A DNA stretch of 64,000 nucleotides. It comes from Acidimicrobiales bacterium (GTDB lineage Bacteria; Actinomycetota; Acidimicrobiia; Acidimicrobiales; SZUA-35). A model generated the notes under the pieces. The model made no database searches. It was not told where the DNA came from and saw only the letters and a list, made by a program, of their open reading frames with translations. The position numbers and the translations under genes were made by a program. The stretch covers positions 2,055,692 to 2,119,691 of the forward strand of contig CBDCGK010000004.1 of assembly GCA_965216675.1 (NCBI GenBank). Direction: 5' to 3'. Positions 9,340 to 18,993 of the stretch are shown in pieces; position 1 is the stretch's first letter; every line of letters starts with the position of its first letter.

Positions 9340-9852
9340 TCAGGCACCTTCCCCGTTGGCGCTGTGTTCAGCCGCCCAACGAATCGATCGGATGATGTTC
9401 TCGTAGCCGGTGCAGCGGCACAGGTTGCCGGAGATGGCCTCCCGGATCTCGGCTTCGGACGGATCGGGGTTGGCATCGAGCAGCGCCCGGCCGGTCATCA
9501 TCATCCCCGGCGTGCAGAACCCGCACTGCAGGCCGTGACACTTCATGAAGCCCTCCTGCACCGGGTCGAGACCGTCCTCGGTCTCCAGGTCCTCGACGGT
9601 GCGGACCTCGTGCCCACCGGCCATGGCGGCCAGCATCGTGCACGACTTGACCGGCTCTTTGTCGACCCAGACCACACAGGCCCCGCAGTTGGAGGTGTCG
9701 CAGCCCCAGTGCGTGCCGGTCAGGTCGAGGTGGTCTCGCAGGAAGTGCACGAGCAGGAGGCGGGGCTCGATGGTCTTGGTGACGTCGGTGCCGTTGACGT
9801 TGACCGTCACCTCCATCGTCGGTGTTTCCAGCATCTCGGAGATGTCGGTCAT
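9340..9852 (-). CDS. coxS: CO dehydrogenase small subunit ([2Fe-2S] x2)
   Basis: Motifs [24 protein letters not shown] and [11 protein letters not shown]. The start is set at ATG 9852 (MTDISEM), preceded by GGAAGGGAG. The stop is 2 nt before the coxL start. Confidence 0.9.
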   Translation of the reverse strand: MTDISEMLETPTMEVTVNVNGTDVTKTIEPRLLLVHFLRDHLDLTGTHWGCDTSNCGACVVWVDKEPVKSCTMLAAMAGGHEVRTVEDLETEDGLDPVQEGFMKCHGLQCGFCTPGMMMTGRALLDANPDPSEAEIREAISGNLCRCTGYENIIRSIRWAAEHSANGEGA

Positions 9853-9949
9853 TGGGCTCCCTTCCTGCCCCACACGGCAGATTCCAGCCAGCGACGTTTC
9901 GCCGACAGGCGAAACTCGGTTAGCAACGGCTCCGGCGTTGCGGCGGTCA

Positions 9950-10852
9950 TCAGTCGGCGCTCCTGTCGTCATCATAAGCACCGGCGCCGACGAGGGCCCG
10001 ACGCATCGCCCGCTTGGTCAACTCACCGGCCAGGTGGCGTTTGTAGTCGGCCGGACCCCGCTGGTCGGTGTTGGGGTTGGTGGCCTGGGCCGCCAGTTCA
10101 CCGACGTGTTCGACCAGGGTCTCGTTGGCCACCTGACCCCGGGCGGCATCCTCGGCAGCGGCGGCCACGAAGTGGGGAGCCTCGACCGCGGTGAGGCCGA
10201 TGCCGATCTCGGCGATGGTGTCGCCGTCGAGCCACAGCGCCACACCGGCGGCGGCGATGGCCCAGTCGCCGACCCGGCGCTCCACCTTCTCATAGGCCGA
10301 GCAGCCGCCCGGCCGGACGGGAACGGTGACCTCGGTGACCATCTCGTTCTCACCGACCACGGTCTGGTAGGGGCCGTCGTGGAACTCCCGCACCGGCACG
10401 GTGCGAGCTCCGTCGGGACCGATGATGTGCACGGTGGCCCGGACGGCGGCGAACGCCGCCGACAGATCCTCGGCCGGATCGGCCTGACACAGTGATCCAC
10501 CGACCGTGCCCCGGTTGCGCACCACCGGGTCGGCGATAACCCGCTCCGCCTCGGCGAAGATCGGATAGTGCTCGGCCACGACAGCGGAATCGAGGAGCTG
10601 GGCGTGGCGGACCATTGCCCCGATCCTGATCACGTCGCCGGCATCTCCCGATTCCAGGCTGATGTCGGACAGTCCCTCGACGTCGTTGATGTCGATCAGC
10701 GCCGTCGGAGCGGCGAAGCGGAGCTTCATCATCGGCAACAGACTGTGGCCCCCCGCCACCAGCCTTGCCTCGGAGCCGTGTTCGGCGAGCAACTCCAACG
10801 CATGGGTCACGCTGGAAGCCCGCTCGTACACGAACGGTGCCGGTACCTGCAT
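9950..10852 (-). CDS. coxM: CO dehydrogenase medium (FAD-binding) subunit
   Basis: The C-terminal 300 aa of ORF 9950..11629 start at [22 protein letters not shown] and contain [13 protein letters not shown] (FAD_binding_5 type). The upstream part of that ORF is Arg/Pro-rich junk. Confidence 0.85.
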   Translation of the reverse strand: MQVPAPFVYERASSVTHALELLAEHGSEARLVAGGHSLLPMMKLRFAAPTALIDINDVEGLSDISLESGDAGDVIRIGAMVRHAQLLDSAVVAEHYPIFAEAERVIADPVVRNRGTVGGSLCQADPAEDLSAAFAAVRATVHIIGPDGARTVPVREFHDGPYQTVVGENEMVTEVTVPVRPGGCSAYEKVERRVGDWAIAAAGVALWLDGDTIAEIGIGLTAVEAPHFVAAAAEDAARGQVANETLVEHVGELAAQATNPNTDQRGPADYKRHLAGELTKRAMRRALVGAGAYDDDRSAD

Positions 10853-10954
10853 ATTCGGTTGTCCCCTTCTCGTCGTCGAGCACCGCCCGCAGATGCTTGA
10901 AGCGGCAAGCAACGAGGTTAGCTGTCCGGTTCGATTCCGGCCAGACGGCGCGGA

Positions 10955-10990
10955 CTGCGCATGACACTGCGCATGACACTGCACATGACA
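10955..10990. repeat. Three tandem 12-bp direct repeats (CTGCGCATGACA x2, CTGCACATGACA) about 100-140 nt upstream of coxM
   Basis: Read directly from the sequence: ctgcgcatgaca ctgcgcatgaca ctgcacatgaca. Intergenic, between the beta-helix gene stop (11071) and the coxM start (10852). Confidence 0.8.
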
Positions 10991-10994
10991 AGGT

Positions 10995-11030
10995 GAAGCA
11001 GAATCGGTCGATATCGGCCGGTTCTGCTTC
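10995..11030 (-). terminator. Stem-loop (9-bp perfect arms GAAGCAGAA/TTCTGCTTC, with an inner CGATATCG palindrome) downstream of the beta-helix gene
   Basis: Inverted repeat read directly. It lies 41 nt after the stop at 11071 on the minus strand. There is no U-tract, so its function as a terminator is an inference. Confidence 0.45.
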
Positions 11031-11070
11031 ATGGTCGGGCTGCCGGGGCCCGAACCGGAGGCCGGCGGCG

Positions 11071-12516
11071 CTACGGGGCGCGGTGACCGTAGCTCGTGGC
11101 GTCGGGATTGGTGGGGACGTAGTTGCCGTCGAGCCGGGGGTCGATTTGACGGTTGCCGCCGCCATCGGTCAACTTGTCGGCGTTCTCGACCACGCCGGCG
11201 GAGTCCCAGCCGATGTTGTTGCGCACGATGTTGTTTCCCCCACCGCTGAGATGGCGGCCGGTGACGTTCGACAACCCGTCCTTCGGGGACACCAGGAGGT
11301 TCCGCTCGATGGTGATGTTCGACGTCTTGTAACTCAGCTGGATGTTCGACGGTCCGGTGTTGTCGACGATGGTGTTGTAGCGGATCTTCACGTTGGCGAT
11401 GCTCGGATAGCTGTCGTTCGGCGTCCCGACCTTGATGCCCCGCCCGTTGGACGAGCCGACCAGCAGGTTGCGCTCGATGACGCCGCCACCGCTCCCGCAG
11501 TTGCAGTAGATCAGGTGGTCCTGGTGGGTGCCGTTGGATCGGTAGGTGTCGTGAACATGCACGTCCCGGACGGTGAAGTTGACCGGCGACCCGACGATCA
11601 GCAGACCGCTGTAGCCCCGCGCCCCCCACACCTCGGCCTGCTCGAACACCCAGTCGCGACCGTTCTTCAGCAGCACCATGTGCTCGGACGAGCTGTTGCG
11701 GTCGTCCCAGGTCACGTTGATGCCCCGGATCGTCCAGTAGTCGATGTTGTAGAGGTTGAGCAGGCCCTTCACCACGACCCGCTCGCCGGGGGCCGCCTGA
11801 ACGAGGATCCGGCGGCTGGACGAGGTGTTCTTGCCGCCGACCCCGAGCTGGATCCGCTCCCGGTACTCGCCGCCCTTGACGATCAGCGTCTGACCGGCCT
11901 TCACCTCGTCGAGGCCTTTGGTGAGCGTGTTGTAGGGCGCCCCCTGTGACCCGTTTCCACCCGACGACGCGCTGCTGTCGACGTAGATCACGTCGCCACT
12001 CGGTGGTGGCAGCTCCGAGGTTGTCATGGTCTGTCGAGTCGTCGTGGTCTGCTGAACCGTCGTGGCCGCTCCCGTGCTGGACGTCGTGGCTCGCAACGTC
12101 GACACGGTGGACGAGCTGGTCGGTGCCGTGGAGGTGGATGCCGTGTTGGGAGACGCCGTGGAACTCGATGCCGTGTTGGAGGAGGCCGTGGAGGTCGTTG
12201 GATCGGGCGAGGTACTCGATGACGTATCGGACGCGGTGGTAGTCGGGTTCGTGTCGGTGACGTCGAGATCGACACCCTGACCGTCGTCGTCCGCCAGCAC
12301 TCGGAGCGACTCCGCATCGCCCTCGTCGCCGACGCCGATGGCGACAGTGGCCTCCGGTGACGGAGTGTCGCTGGCCAACTCAAAGGAGCCACCGGACGAG
12401 CTCGTTCCCGAGCAACCAGCGGCGAGCATCGCGAACACGGCCAGCGCGACCAGAGCGCCTCGCCGACGGTCATCACCGCCTGCCAGGCTCCGCCGCCTCG
12501 GTTCCAGTCGCCGCAT
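11071..12516 (-). CDS. Secreted lipoprotein with a right-handed parallel beta-helix (pectate-lyase/CASH-like) domain
   Basis: The start is set at ATG 12516 (MRRLEPRRR...ALAVFAMLAAGCSG, with lipobox LAAGC). A long S/T-rich linker follows. Then VIYVDSSASSGGNGSQGAPYNTLTKGLDEVKAGQTLIVKGGEY and repeated beta-helix turns (IERNLLV...NTIVDN...IERNLLV). Confidence 0.7.
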   Translation of the reverse strand: MRRLEPRRRSLAGGDDRRRGALVALAVFAMLAAGCSGTSSSGGSFELASDTPSPEATVAIGVGDEGDAESLRVLADDDGQGVDLDVTDTNPTTTASDTSSSTSPDPTTSTASSNTASSSTASPNTASTSTAPTSSSTVSTLRATTSSTGAATTVQQTTTTRQTMTTSELPPPSGDVIYVDSSASSGGNGSQGAPYNTLTKGLDEVKAGQTLIVKGGEYRERIQLGVGGKNTSSSRRILVQAAPGERVVVKGLLNLYNIDYWTIRGINVTWDDRNSSSEHMVLLKNGRDWVFEQAEVWGARGYSGLLIVGSPVNFTVRDVHVHDTYRSNGTHQDHLIYCNCGSGGGVIERNLLVGSSNGRGIKVGTPNDSYPSIANVKIRYNTIVDNTGPSNIQLSYKTSNITIERNLLVSPKDGLSNVTGRHLSGGGNNIVRNNIGWDSAGVVENADKLTDGGGNRQIDPRLDGNYVPTNPDATSYGHRAP

Positions 12517-12647
12517 TGAGGCAACGATACCGTGACCGCCACGGGGCAGATCCGTTTCATTACCCATTCTGAACCTTCGGCGGGCGACCCTTCCCCTGAC
12601 CGGACTCGCCGACTTCACGGGCTGGCCACCACGTTCACAGCCAGCGG

Positions 12648-14255
12648 TCACAGCCAGCGTTCGAGCACCGGGAACCGACGCAGCCTCGCCGCCTGAGGAA
12701 AGGTCTCGACCAGACGAAGGTCGGTCACATTCGAGGTAAACCCGACGAGGGCCAGTACGCCCGCCACCACGATCGACAGTGCAATGCCGGGATCGAGGGC
12801 GCACTGCACGGCAAGCGCGGCGGCGATCAGCAGGCCGGTGCGCCCGTAGACCCGACGCGCCGACGGGATTGGGTTCGCCACGGCCGTCGTTCCCAGCAGT
12901 CTCCAGTGGTTGGCGATGTTGCGGAGCACCATGCCGACCAGAGCGGCCACCGCCGCGCCGACGGGTCCCATGGCCGGAACCAGAACCAGATTGGCGGCGA
13001 CGATGAACAGGCCCGTGGTCACGTTGACGACCAGCACCCAGTTGACCCGGCGATGGATCTGGAGTGCCTGCTGGTTGAAGCCGAACGCCACGTCGAAGAA
13101 GGACGCCACCGACAGCAGGGCGAGGATGGGGGCACTGTCGCGATACTGCTCCCCGAACAGCAACACGGTGGTCCGCTCGGCGAAAATGGTGGTCATCAGG
13201 AAGACCGGCAGGCTCAACACCATCATCCAGCCGCTGACATCCCAGTAGAACCGGTTGAGTTCGGCCCCGGCCTCCCGGCGATACAACCGGGAGATCATCG
13301 GATTCACCAACGAACCGAACGCGAACATGACCACGAAATTGAGTCGGGCAGCCGGCCAGATCACCTGGTAGGTGGCCACGGAGCCGCTACCCAGCAGCCA
13401 GCCGATCATGCCGGTACTGATCGACGCGATCGTGAGTAGCACGACCTCGCTCGACAGCAGCGGAACCGAGAACGACAGGATGTCGCGCACGGGCGTGTCC
13501 CGCAGGTTGGAGGTCACGAACCGAACACGACCCTGCCTCACCAGCCCCGGGATCTGGACGAGGTAGAGCCCGAGCCCGGCGACCCCGGCGGCGACCAGAC
13601 CGACGATCACCCACACGGCCGGCAGATCGAAGTACACGACCAGCCCGACCGTGGCCAGTTTGAACGCCGGATTCAGGATGTGGTTGCGGACGAACAGCGA
13701 AATCGGACGGGCGAACACGGCGAAGAACGACGTCATCATCCGGTCGAAGGAGTCGAGCGGTGTGATCAACAGGGCCAACATGATCAGCAGTTCTGCCCCG
13801 GGCTCGCCGAGCTGGCCGGCCAACCGTTCCCGGAACAGGAAGACGCCGGAGGCGGCGACCAGCCAGACCGTTATCACCGTCACGCTGTAGAGCACGACCG
13901 TGCCGAAGACGTAGTGGTCTTCTTCGCGGTCTTCGCCGTAGATGACCAGGTGATGCGACATCGCCCGGTCCTGACCCAACGCGACCACCGCCCGGACCAT
14001 GTCCGAAACGGACAGTGCGAAGAGCAGCACGCCGAGCTCGGTCTTGAGGAAATGCTGGGCCAGCACGACCCTCACGACCACGTTGGAGGCGATGGAGATC
14101 AGCCGGCCGATGAGCAGGAGAGACGACCCACGGATCGCCTTGGCCGTCGAGTTGTCGTTTGATCGACCTTCCACCTGCTTCGCAGCCTCCACGCCGACAC
14201 ATCGCCCAATCTGTGTGCCGCGAACAGACGACCCAGCCACTCTATCGAGCCGCAA
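12648..14255 (-). CDS. wzx: Polysaccharide flippase (Wzx / MOP-superfamily polysaccharide biosynthesis protein)
   Basis: About 12-14 predicted TM helices. Typical N-terminus AIRGSSLLLIGRLISIASNVVVRVVLA. The exact start is uncertain. Confidence 0.8.
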   Translation of the reverse strand: MRLDRVAGSSVRGTQIGRCVGVEAAKQVEGRSNDNSTAKAIRGSSLLLIGRLISIASNVVVRVVLAQHFLKTELGVLLFALSVSDMVRAVVALGQDRAMSHHLVIYGEDREEDHYVFGTVVLYSVTVITVWLVAASGVFLFRERLAGQLGEPGAELLIMLALLITPLDSFDRMMTSFFAVFARPISLFVRNHILNPAFKLATVGLVVYFDLPAVWVIVGLVAAGVAGLGLYLVQIPGLVRQGRVRFVTSNLRDTPVRDILSFSVPLLSSEVVLLTIASISTGMIGWLLGSGSVATYQVIWPAARLNFVVMFAFGSLVNPMISRLYRREAGAELNRFYWDVSGWMMVLSLPVFLMTTIFAERTTVLLFGEQYRDSAPILALLSVASFFDVAFGFNQQALQIHRRVNWVLVVNVTTGLFIVAANLVLVPAMGPVGAAVAALVGMVLRNIANHWRLLGTTAVANPIPSARRVYGRTGLLIAAALAVQCALDPGIALSIVVAGVLALVGFTSNVTDLRLVETFPQAARLRRFPVLERWL

Positions 14256-14465
14256 TCGACGGTTGGGGGCGATTCAGGCCCGTTCCGAACCGGTCAACAT
14301 ACCCAGAATTGCCCATGGCGGCAGTGACAACCACCCTGGTTGACGGGCATCGACAACGGTAAACTTGCCGGTGGGCGATCCGGTCCCATCGGAGGACCCA
14401 AACGGCGGCAGTACCAGTCGGCGGGTGGCCAGGGATCCCATGATCTTCCAGAGAAGGTGTTTGAC

Positions 14466-15338
14466 ATGAGCGAACTACGGGCAGCCGTTCGGAGCCTGAT
14501 GCGCATGATGCCGCTCATTCTGCTGGCCGCACTGATCGTCGGCACGGCCGTCCTCCTCGTCCGGCGGGGCGCGCCGAAGGTCTATGAGAGCACGTCCCGG
14601 TACTTCGTGAGCCCTGTGACCGAGATCCAGGGAGGCGACGTCGGCGACCTGGTCGACGCGCTCAACACGCTCGACCGCGAGGTCATGACGATCTCGGTCG
14701 CCGAGGTGCTGGGTAGCGACGTCATGTTGCAGCGAGCGGCCGAATCACTCAACGTCACCGACGTCTCCGAGTACTCGACGTCGGCAGCGAGGGTTCCCTC
14801 GTCGCTGGCCGTCGAAGTCTACGTCAAGGGGCCGTCCCCCGATGGCACGCGGCTGGTCTCCGAGGGGATCGGCGCCGAGGCCAACGCCCTGCTCCGGGAC
14901 CTGATCGGCGCCTACGAGATCCAACCGCTCAACCAACCCACCGACCCGACGTCACCGATCAGTCCACAGCCACTGCGTGATGGCGTGTTCGCCGGCGTGC
15001 TCACGATCATCGCATTGTCGATGATCCGCCTGGTCACCTCCCCACAGGACGAGACCGGGCTTCGCCGGTCCATGTGGATTCGCCTCCGTGACGCCGCCCT
15101 TCTCGGCCGCTCGAGACGCAACCCTGCCCGGTCCCGACTCAAGCTGCATCCCAATGCCGTCGGCCAACGCGTCGACGGGGGCGGACCCGGGCAGGCCCGA
15201 CAGTTCGAGCACCCTGTGAATGGCGCGATGGGGAACGGAGGCGCACGGCAGCGGCACCTGCCCGACCCGTCGGCCGCGATCAACCTCGACGAGTTCACCA
15301 CCGCCGACGTCCGTCCGGAATCCTCCGGCAACTGGTAG
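14466..15338 (+). CDS. Second Wzz-like chain-length determinant (PCP) protein
   Basis: The start is set at ATG 14466 (MSELRAAV). N-terminal TM (MMPLILLAALIVGTAVLLV), then YESTSRYFV and a soluble loop. Second TM is VFAGVLTIIALSMIRLV. Confidence 0.6.
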   Translation: MSELRAAVRSLMRMMPLILLAALIVGTAVLLVRRGAPKVYESTSRYFVSPVTEIQGGDVGDLVDALNTLDREVMTISVAEVLGSDVMLQRAAESLNVTDVSEYSTSAARVPSSLAVEVYVKGPSPDGTRLVSEGIGAEANALLRDLIGAYEIQPLNQPTDPTSPISPQPLRDGVFAGVLTIIALSMIRLVTSPQDETGLRRSMWIRLRDAALLGRSRRNPARSRLKLHPNAVGQRVDGGGPGQARQFEHPVNGAMGNGGARQRHLPDPSAAINLDEFTTADVRPESSGNW

Positions 15339-15408
15339 TGCCTGGCTGCACGACCACGGTCGGGCCGATGTCGTCTCCCAGTGGAACGAACCGGGCACAC
15401 GTCGATCG

Positions 15409-16779
15409 ATGACCGACCTCGTGCCACCGGGACGATCCGCCGTCGACGATCCAGACGGTGGCGCCCACCGGCTCACCGGCGGACCGGGCGGAACGGCGCG
15501 ACCGGCGGTCGACGCCCTCGGCGTTGCGGTGGCCGTCGTCCTCACCGCCGTCTACGGTCGGATCGGTGACGCCAGCCCGCTGCTCGGCGGCGAGGGGACG
15601 ATCGCCCAGGTCCTCTCGGTGGCGGTCGGGGTCGCCATCTTCTGGCGCATCGTCGCCAACAACGCCGATCCCGGCCCCTGGCGGCTGGCGCTGGCGGTCA
15701 TCGGATCGTTCTTCTGCATCATCGTGACCTCGGTGCTCTACGCCGAGAATCACAGCTACGCCATCGACGACGCCGGCGATCTGGCCAAGTCGACCCTGGT
15801 CTTCGCAATCATCGTCGCCGGCGTGACCAACGCCTCCCAGCTGCGACTGGCCACCTGGGCCGTCGTCGCCGCAACAGCCTTTGTCAGCCTCATCAACATC
15901 TTCCAGCAGCTGACCCACACGTTCGGCACCGACTACTGGCAGCTGGCCACCTCCGAGGCCGAGGCCATCACCAGCTCCACGCTCGACTATCGCTCGGCCG
16001 GACCGTCGCTGGGACCGAACGGCTTCGCGCTGATGCTGATCTTCGCGCTCCCCCTGGCCATCGACCGTGCGCTCCACGAGCAGCGACGCGGGCTCCGGGC
16101 CGTCGCCGCGTTGTCGACGCTGTCGATCGTGGCCGCGATGCTGTTCACCTACAGTCGCAACGGCTTTCTCAACCTGGTCCTTCTGGGCCTGATGGTGGTC
16201 TACTTCTACCGGATCAACCTGCTGTACGCCTTGATCGGCATGCTGGCCTTCGCCTCGGTGATCGCGGTCGCCTCACCCGACGCCTTCATCGACCGGATCG
16301 CCACGCTGACCGAGTTCGTCGACAGCGACGCCGAGCAGGACGACTCCTTGTCGAGCGGGCGGCAGAGCGAGTACATCGTCGCCCTGCAGATGTTCGCCGA
16401 TCACCCGGTGACCGGTGTCGGCGTCGGCAACTACCCCCACCACTATCTCAGCTACTCCACCGCACTGGGCCTCGACGATCGCCGCGAGGACCGGGGCGCG
16501 CATTCGCTGTACCTGCAGTTCGCCGCGGAGCTCGGGATCATGGGCATCCTCTGGCTCGCCACGATCCTGCTCGTGCTGTTCCGTCGGCTCAACGGTACGA
16601 GGAAACGACTGGCGGCGGCCGGGATGGTCGCCACCTCGCATCAGATGGCGGCATACCAGATGGCGTTCACGCTGTTCTTCACCTTCAGCCTGCTCCGCCA
16701 CCTGTCGATACCGCGCTACTTCATGGTGGCACTGGCCTTCGCCGTGGCCGCCCCCTACGCCGTGGATCGACGGGAGTAG
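15409..16779 (+). CDS. O-antigen ligase/polymerase-family membrane protein (Wzy-like)
   Basis: Polytopic membrane protein with a Wzy_C-like core (LFTYSRNGFLNLVLLGLMVVYF ... GAHSLYLQFAAELG). The start is set at ATG 15409. Confidence 0.75.
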   Translation: MTDLVPPGRSAVDDPDGGAHRLTGGPGGTARPAVDALGVAVAVVLTAVYGRIGDASPLLGGEGTIAQVLSVAVGVAIFWRIVANNADPGPWRLALAVIGSFFCIIVTSVLYAENHSYAIDDAGDLAKSTLVFAIIVAGVTNASQLRLATWAVVAATAFVSLINIFQQLTHTFGTDYWQLATSEAEAITSSTLDYRSAGPSLGPNGFALMLIFALPLAIDRALHEQRRGLRAVAALSTLSIVAAMLFTYSRNGFLNLVLLGLMVVYFYRINLLYALIGMLAFASVIAVASPDAFIDRIATLTEFVDSDAEQDDSLSSGRQSEYIVALQMFADHPVTGVGVGNYPHHYLSYSTALGLDDRREDRGAHSLYLQFAAELGIMGILWLATILLVLFRRLNGTRKRLAAAGMVATSHQMAAYQMAFTLFFTFSLLRHLSIPRYFMVALAFAVAAPYAVDRRE

Positions 16780-16806
16780 GGCCCGAACCAACCGGCCCAG
16801 AACGGG

Positions 16807-17688
16807 TCAGCGGCGGCGCAGGCCGTACTCCTGATGGGACTTCTCCAGGAGTTCCCACATGGCCTCGCACAACTCTCGCACCTGCGGGTCGAGGGGAGTG
16901 TGCTTGCCCTTGTCCACCGAGGTGCGGTGGATCCCGCCGCCGGCACCCGGTCGGAGCGGTTCGACGCCGGCCAGCTCGTACATGGCGTCGATGGTCTCCT
17001 GGGGCTCGAGCACCAGATCCCGGTAGCTGCACATCCGAAGCCGGTCCTCCGCCACCAGGTTCTGGTCGAAGAACAGCTGATTGCGAAGCCACCAGAACAG
17101 CGCGGCAAAGTCGTGATTGTCCAGTGCATCGAAGTCGAATCCGGCCAGGATCTCGACCTCTTGATCACCGAGGCCCTGCGCCCTCCAGTCGCGGGGGTCG
17201 CCCGCCAGCGCCCTGGTCACGTTGGAACGCCCGTTGTCGTCACCGAAGCGTTTCAGGTTGCTGGCCGCCACGTCGGCATAGTGGCGGTACATCCACACGG
17301 CCCGGGAACGGGGCAGATCGTCGAGGAGTTGGCCCACCCGATGTGACTCCACCAGCGGCTTGATCACCACCATCGACGCCGCCGTGAGATCGGTCATGCG
17401 CCGGATGAACTGCTCGCTCCGCAGCCGGTGGTTGTAGGGCCAGCGCTCGAAGGCCAGGCCCAGCTCCCCGAACGACACCACGTTGGGATCGGCGGCGAAA
17501 ACGTGTTGCAGGGCGGTGGTCCCGGAGCGCTGGCAGCCGAAGATGAGCAGCGTCCTCGTGTCGACACGTCCCCCCTGACGGGCCCAGAGGGAGCCGACCT
17601 TGATCAGGTCCGCGCCGTAGCGCCGTCCGGCCCGTGCGACCCGTGCGGCTGAGCTGATCGTGTCCTCGATCGTCGTGCGCTGACTCAT
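16807..17688 (-). CDS. Sulfotransferase-family protein
   Basis: PAPS 5'-phosphosulfate loop LLIFGCQRSGTTAL and a 3'-phosphate motif region VWMYRHYADVAAS. The start overlaps the upstream GT stop (ATGA at 17685-17688). Confidence 0.8.
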   Translation of the reverse strand: MSQRTTIEDTISSAARVARAGRRYGADLIKVGSLWARQGGRVDTRTLLIFGCQRSGTTALQHVFAADPNVVSFGELGLAFERWPYNHRLRSEQFIRRMTDLTAASMVVIKPLVESHRVGQLLDDLPRSRAVWMYRHYADVAASNLKRFGDDNGRSNVTRALAGDPRDWRAQGLGDQEVEILAGFDFDALDNHDFAALFWWLRNQLFFDQNLVAEDRLRMCSYRDLVLEPQETIDAMYELAGVEPLRPGAGGGIHRTSVDKGKHTPLDPQVRELCEAMWELLEKSHQEYGLRRR

Positions 17689-18980
17689 TCGCGGCTCCCG
17701 GCCATCCCCCGATACTGGTCGGCCAGGGCGTTCACGGTGGATTCGATCGAATACCGATGCTGAACCGTGGCCCGAGCCGCCGTTCCCAGAGCGTAGCGAT
17801 CATCGGGGTCGCTCAGAAGTGTCACGGTGTCCGAGACGATGTCGTCGATCGTTCGGTCGGTTGAACCGCTCGACACGATGCGCCCGTCGACGCGGTCGGT
17901 CATCACGTCGCCGACACCGCCGACATCGGTCACGACACAGGCCAGGCCGCTGGCCATGGCCTCGAGCAGGGCGTTGGACAGGCCCTCAGCCTCCGAGGCC
18001 GAGACGTAGAGATCGGCCCACCGCAGTAGCAGCGGCATATCCTCCCGCTTGCCGAGGTGACGCACCCCGTCCAGCCCGTCCAGTTCGCCTTCAAGTGGTC
18101 CCTCACCGACCACGTACAGCCAGGCGTCAGGGTGTTCGGCGCGGACCTCGGACCACCGCCGGGCCAGATCGATCACCCGCTTCTCGGGGGAGATGCGGCC
18201 CACCATCAGTACCACCGGACCGTTCGTCCAGTCCGGCAACACCTCTCGGCGGGACCGGTGTCGGGCATGGGGGTCGACGAGGCTTCCCTCGACCTCGTCG
18301 TCGTCGAGCGGACGGAAACGGTCGGTGTCGACACCGTTGGGGATGAACACCCGCTGATCGTGGCCGACCCCTCGCCGCTCGAGTTCGGACTCCAGGTCCC
18401 TGCTGATAACCACGAAACGGTCGACAGTCCAGGTCAGCAGCCGGAGCCGCAGCCGACCGAGGGGCCGGGCCTCGAGCCGGCGGAGATCGCCGAGTTCGCC
18501 GGATCGCAGTAGCTTCGTGAGGTACGGGGTGCCGGTCACCGTCTTGTACAGCCCGGCGATCAGCGACGGGGTCAGCGTGTCGTAAGTGTGTACGACATCG
18601 GGACGCAGCCGGGCGAGATTCCACAACGCGCCGACCACGAACATGATGGCCTCGACCGGCTTGGGGCCCATGCACCGGATCCGTCGGACCTCGGCGCCGC
18701 GCAGGTACTCACGAGGCGGTTGCCCGGGCCGGGATCGGGTGAGCACGACCGATTCGATTCCGTGCGTCGACAGCAGGGGGATGAGACTGGCGAGTTGACG
18801 CTCAGCTCCCCCGACGGTTGGAAGGTAGTTCTGGATGACCATGGCGGCGCGAATCGGCCCCCGGCCCCCCGCCTGCTGCTCGACGCCCGGGGCGGCGTCG
18901 AAGGCGTTACCCGGCTCCACCTCATGGGTCGACGGGGCCGACGACGGCATCGCCACCATGTGATCGGACGAGTCGACCAT
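17685..18980 (-). CDS. Glycosyltransferase family 4
   Basis: N-terminal MVIQNYLPTVGGAERQ and an EX7E region (ASEAEGLSNALLEAMASGLACV). The start is uncertain; ATG 18980 is 14 nt after the upstream stop, and the alternative is ATG 18842. Confidence 0.8.
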   Translation of the reverse strand: MVDSSDHMVAMPSSAPSTHEVEPGNAFDAAPGVEQQAGGRGPIRAAMVIQNYLPTVGGAERQLASLIPLLSTHGIESVVLTRSRPGQPPREYLRGAEVRRIRCMGPKPVEAIMFVVGALWNLARLRPDVVHTYDTLTPSLIAGLYKTVTGTPYLTKLLRSGELGDLRRLEARPLGRLRLRLLTWTVDRFVVISRDLESELERRGVGHDQRVFIPNGVDTDRFRPLDDDEVEGSLVDPHARHRSRREVLPDWTNGPVVLMVGRISPEKRVIDLARRWSEVRAEHPDAWLYVVGEGPLEGELDGLDGVRHLGKREDMPLLLRWADLYVSASEAEGLSNALLEAMASGLACVVTDVGGVGDVMTDRVDGRIVSSGSTDRTIDDIVSDTVTLLSDPDDRYALGTAARATVQHRYSIESTVNALADQYRGMAGSRE

Positions 18981-18993
18981 CGCTGCGGTCTTC

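Noticed and set aside
6869-9406. 845-aa ORF on the + strand spanning the coxL region.
   Set aside because: It is antisense to a coxL gene with unmistakable motifs. Its Arg/Gly/Asp/Val-rich composition with no motifs is typical of the shadow ORFs that arise in high-GC DNA.
10955-10990. Possibility that the short tandem repeats (here and at 46452-46478) are a CRISPR array.
   Set aside because: The units are directly adjacent with no spacers, are only 9-12 bp long and number three copies. There are no cas genes in the window.
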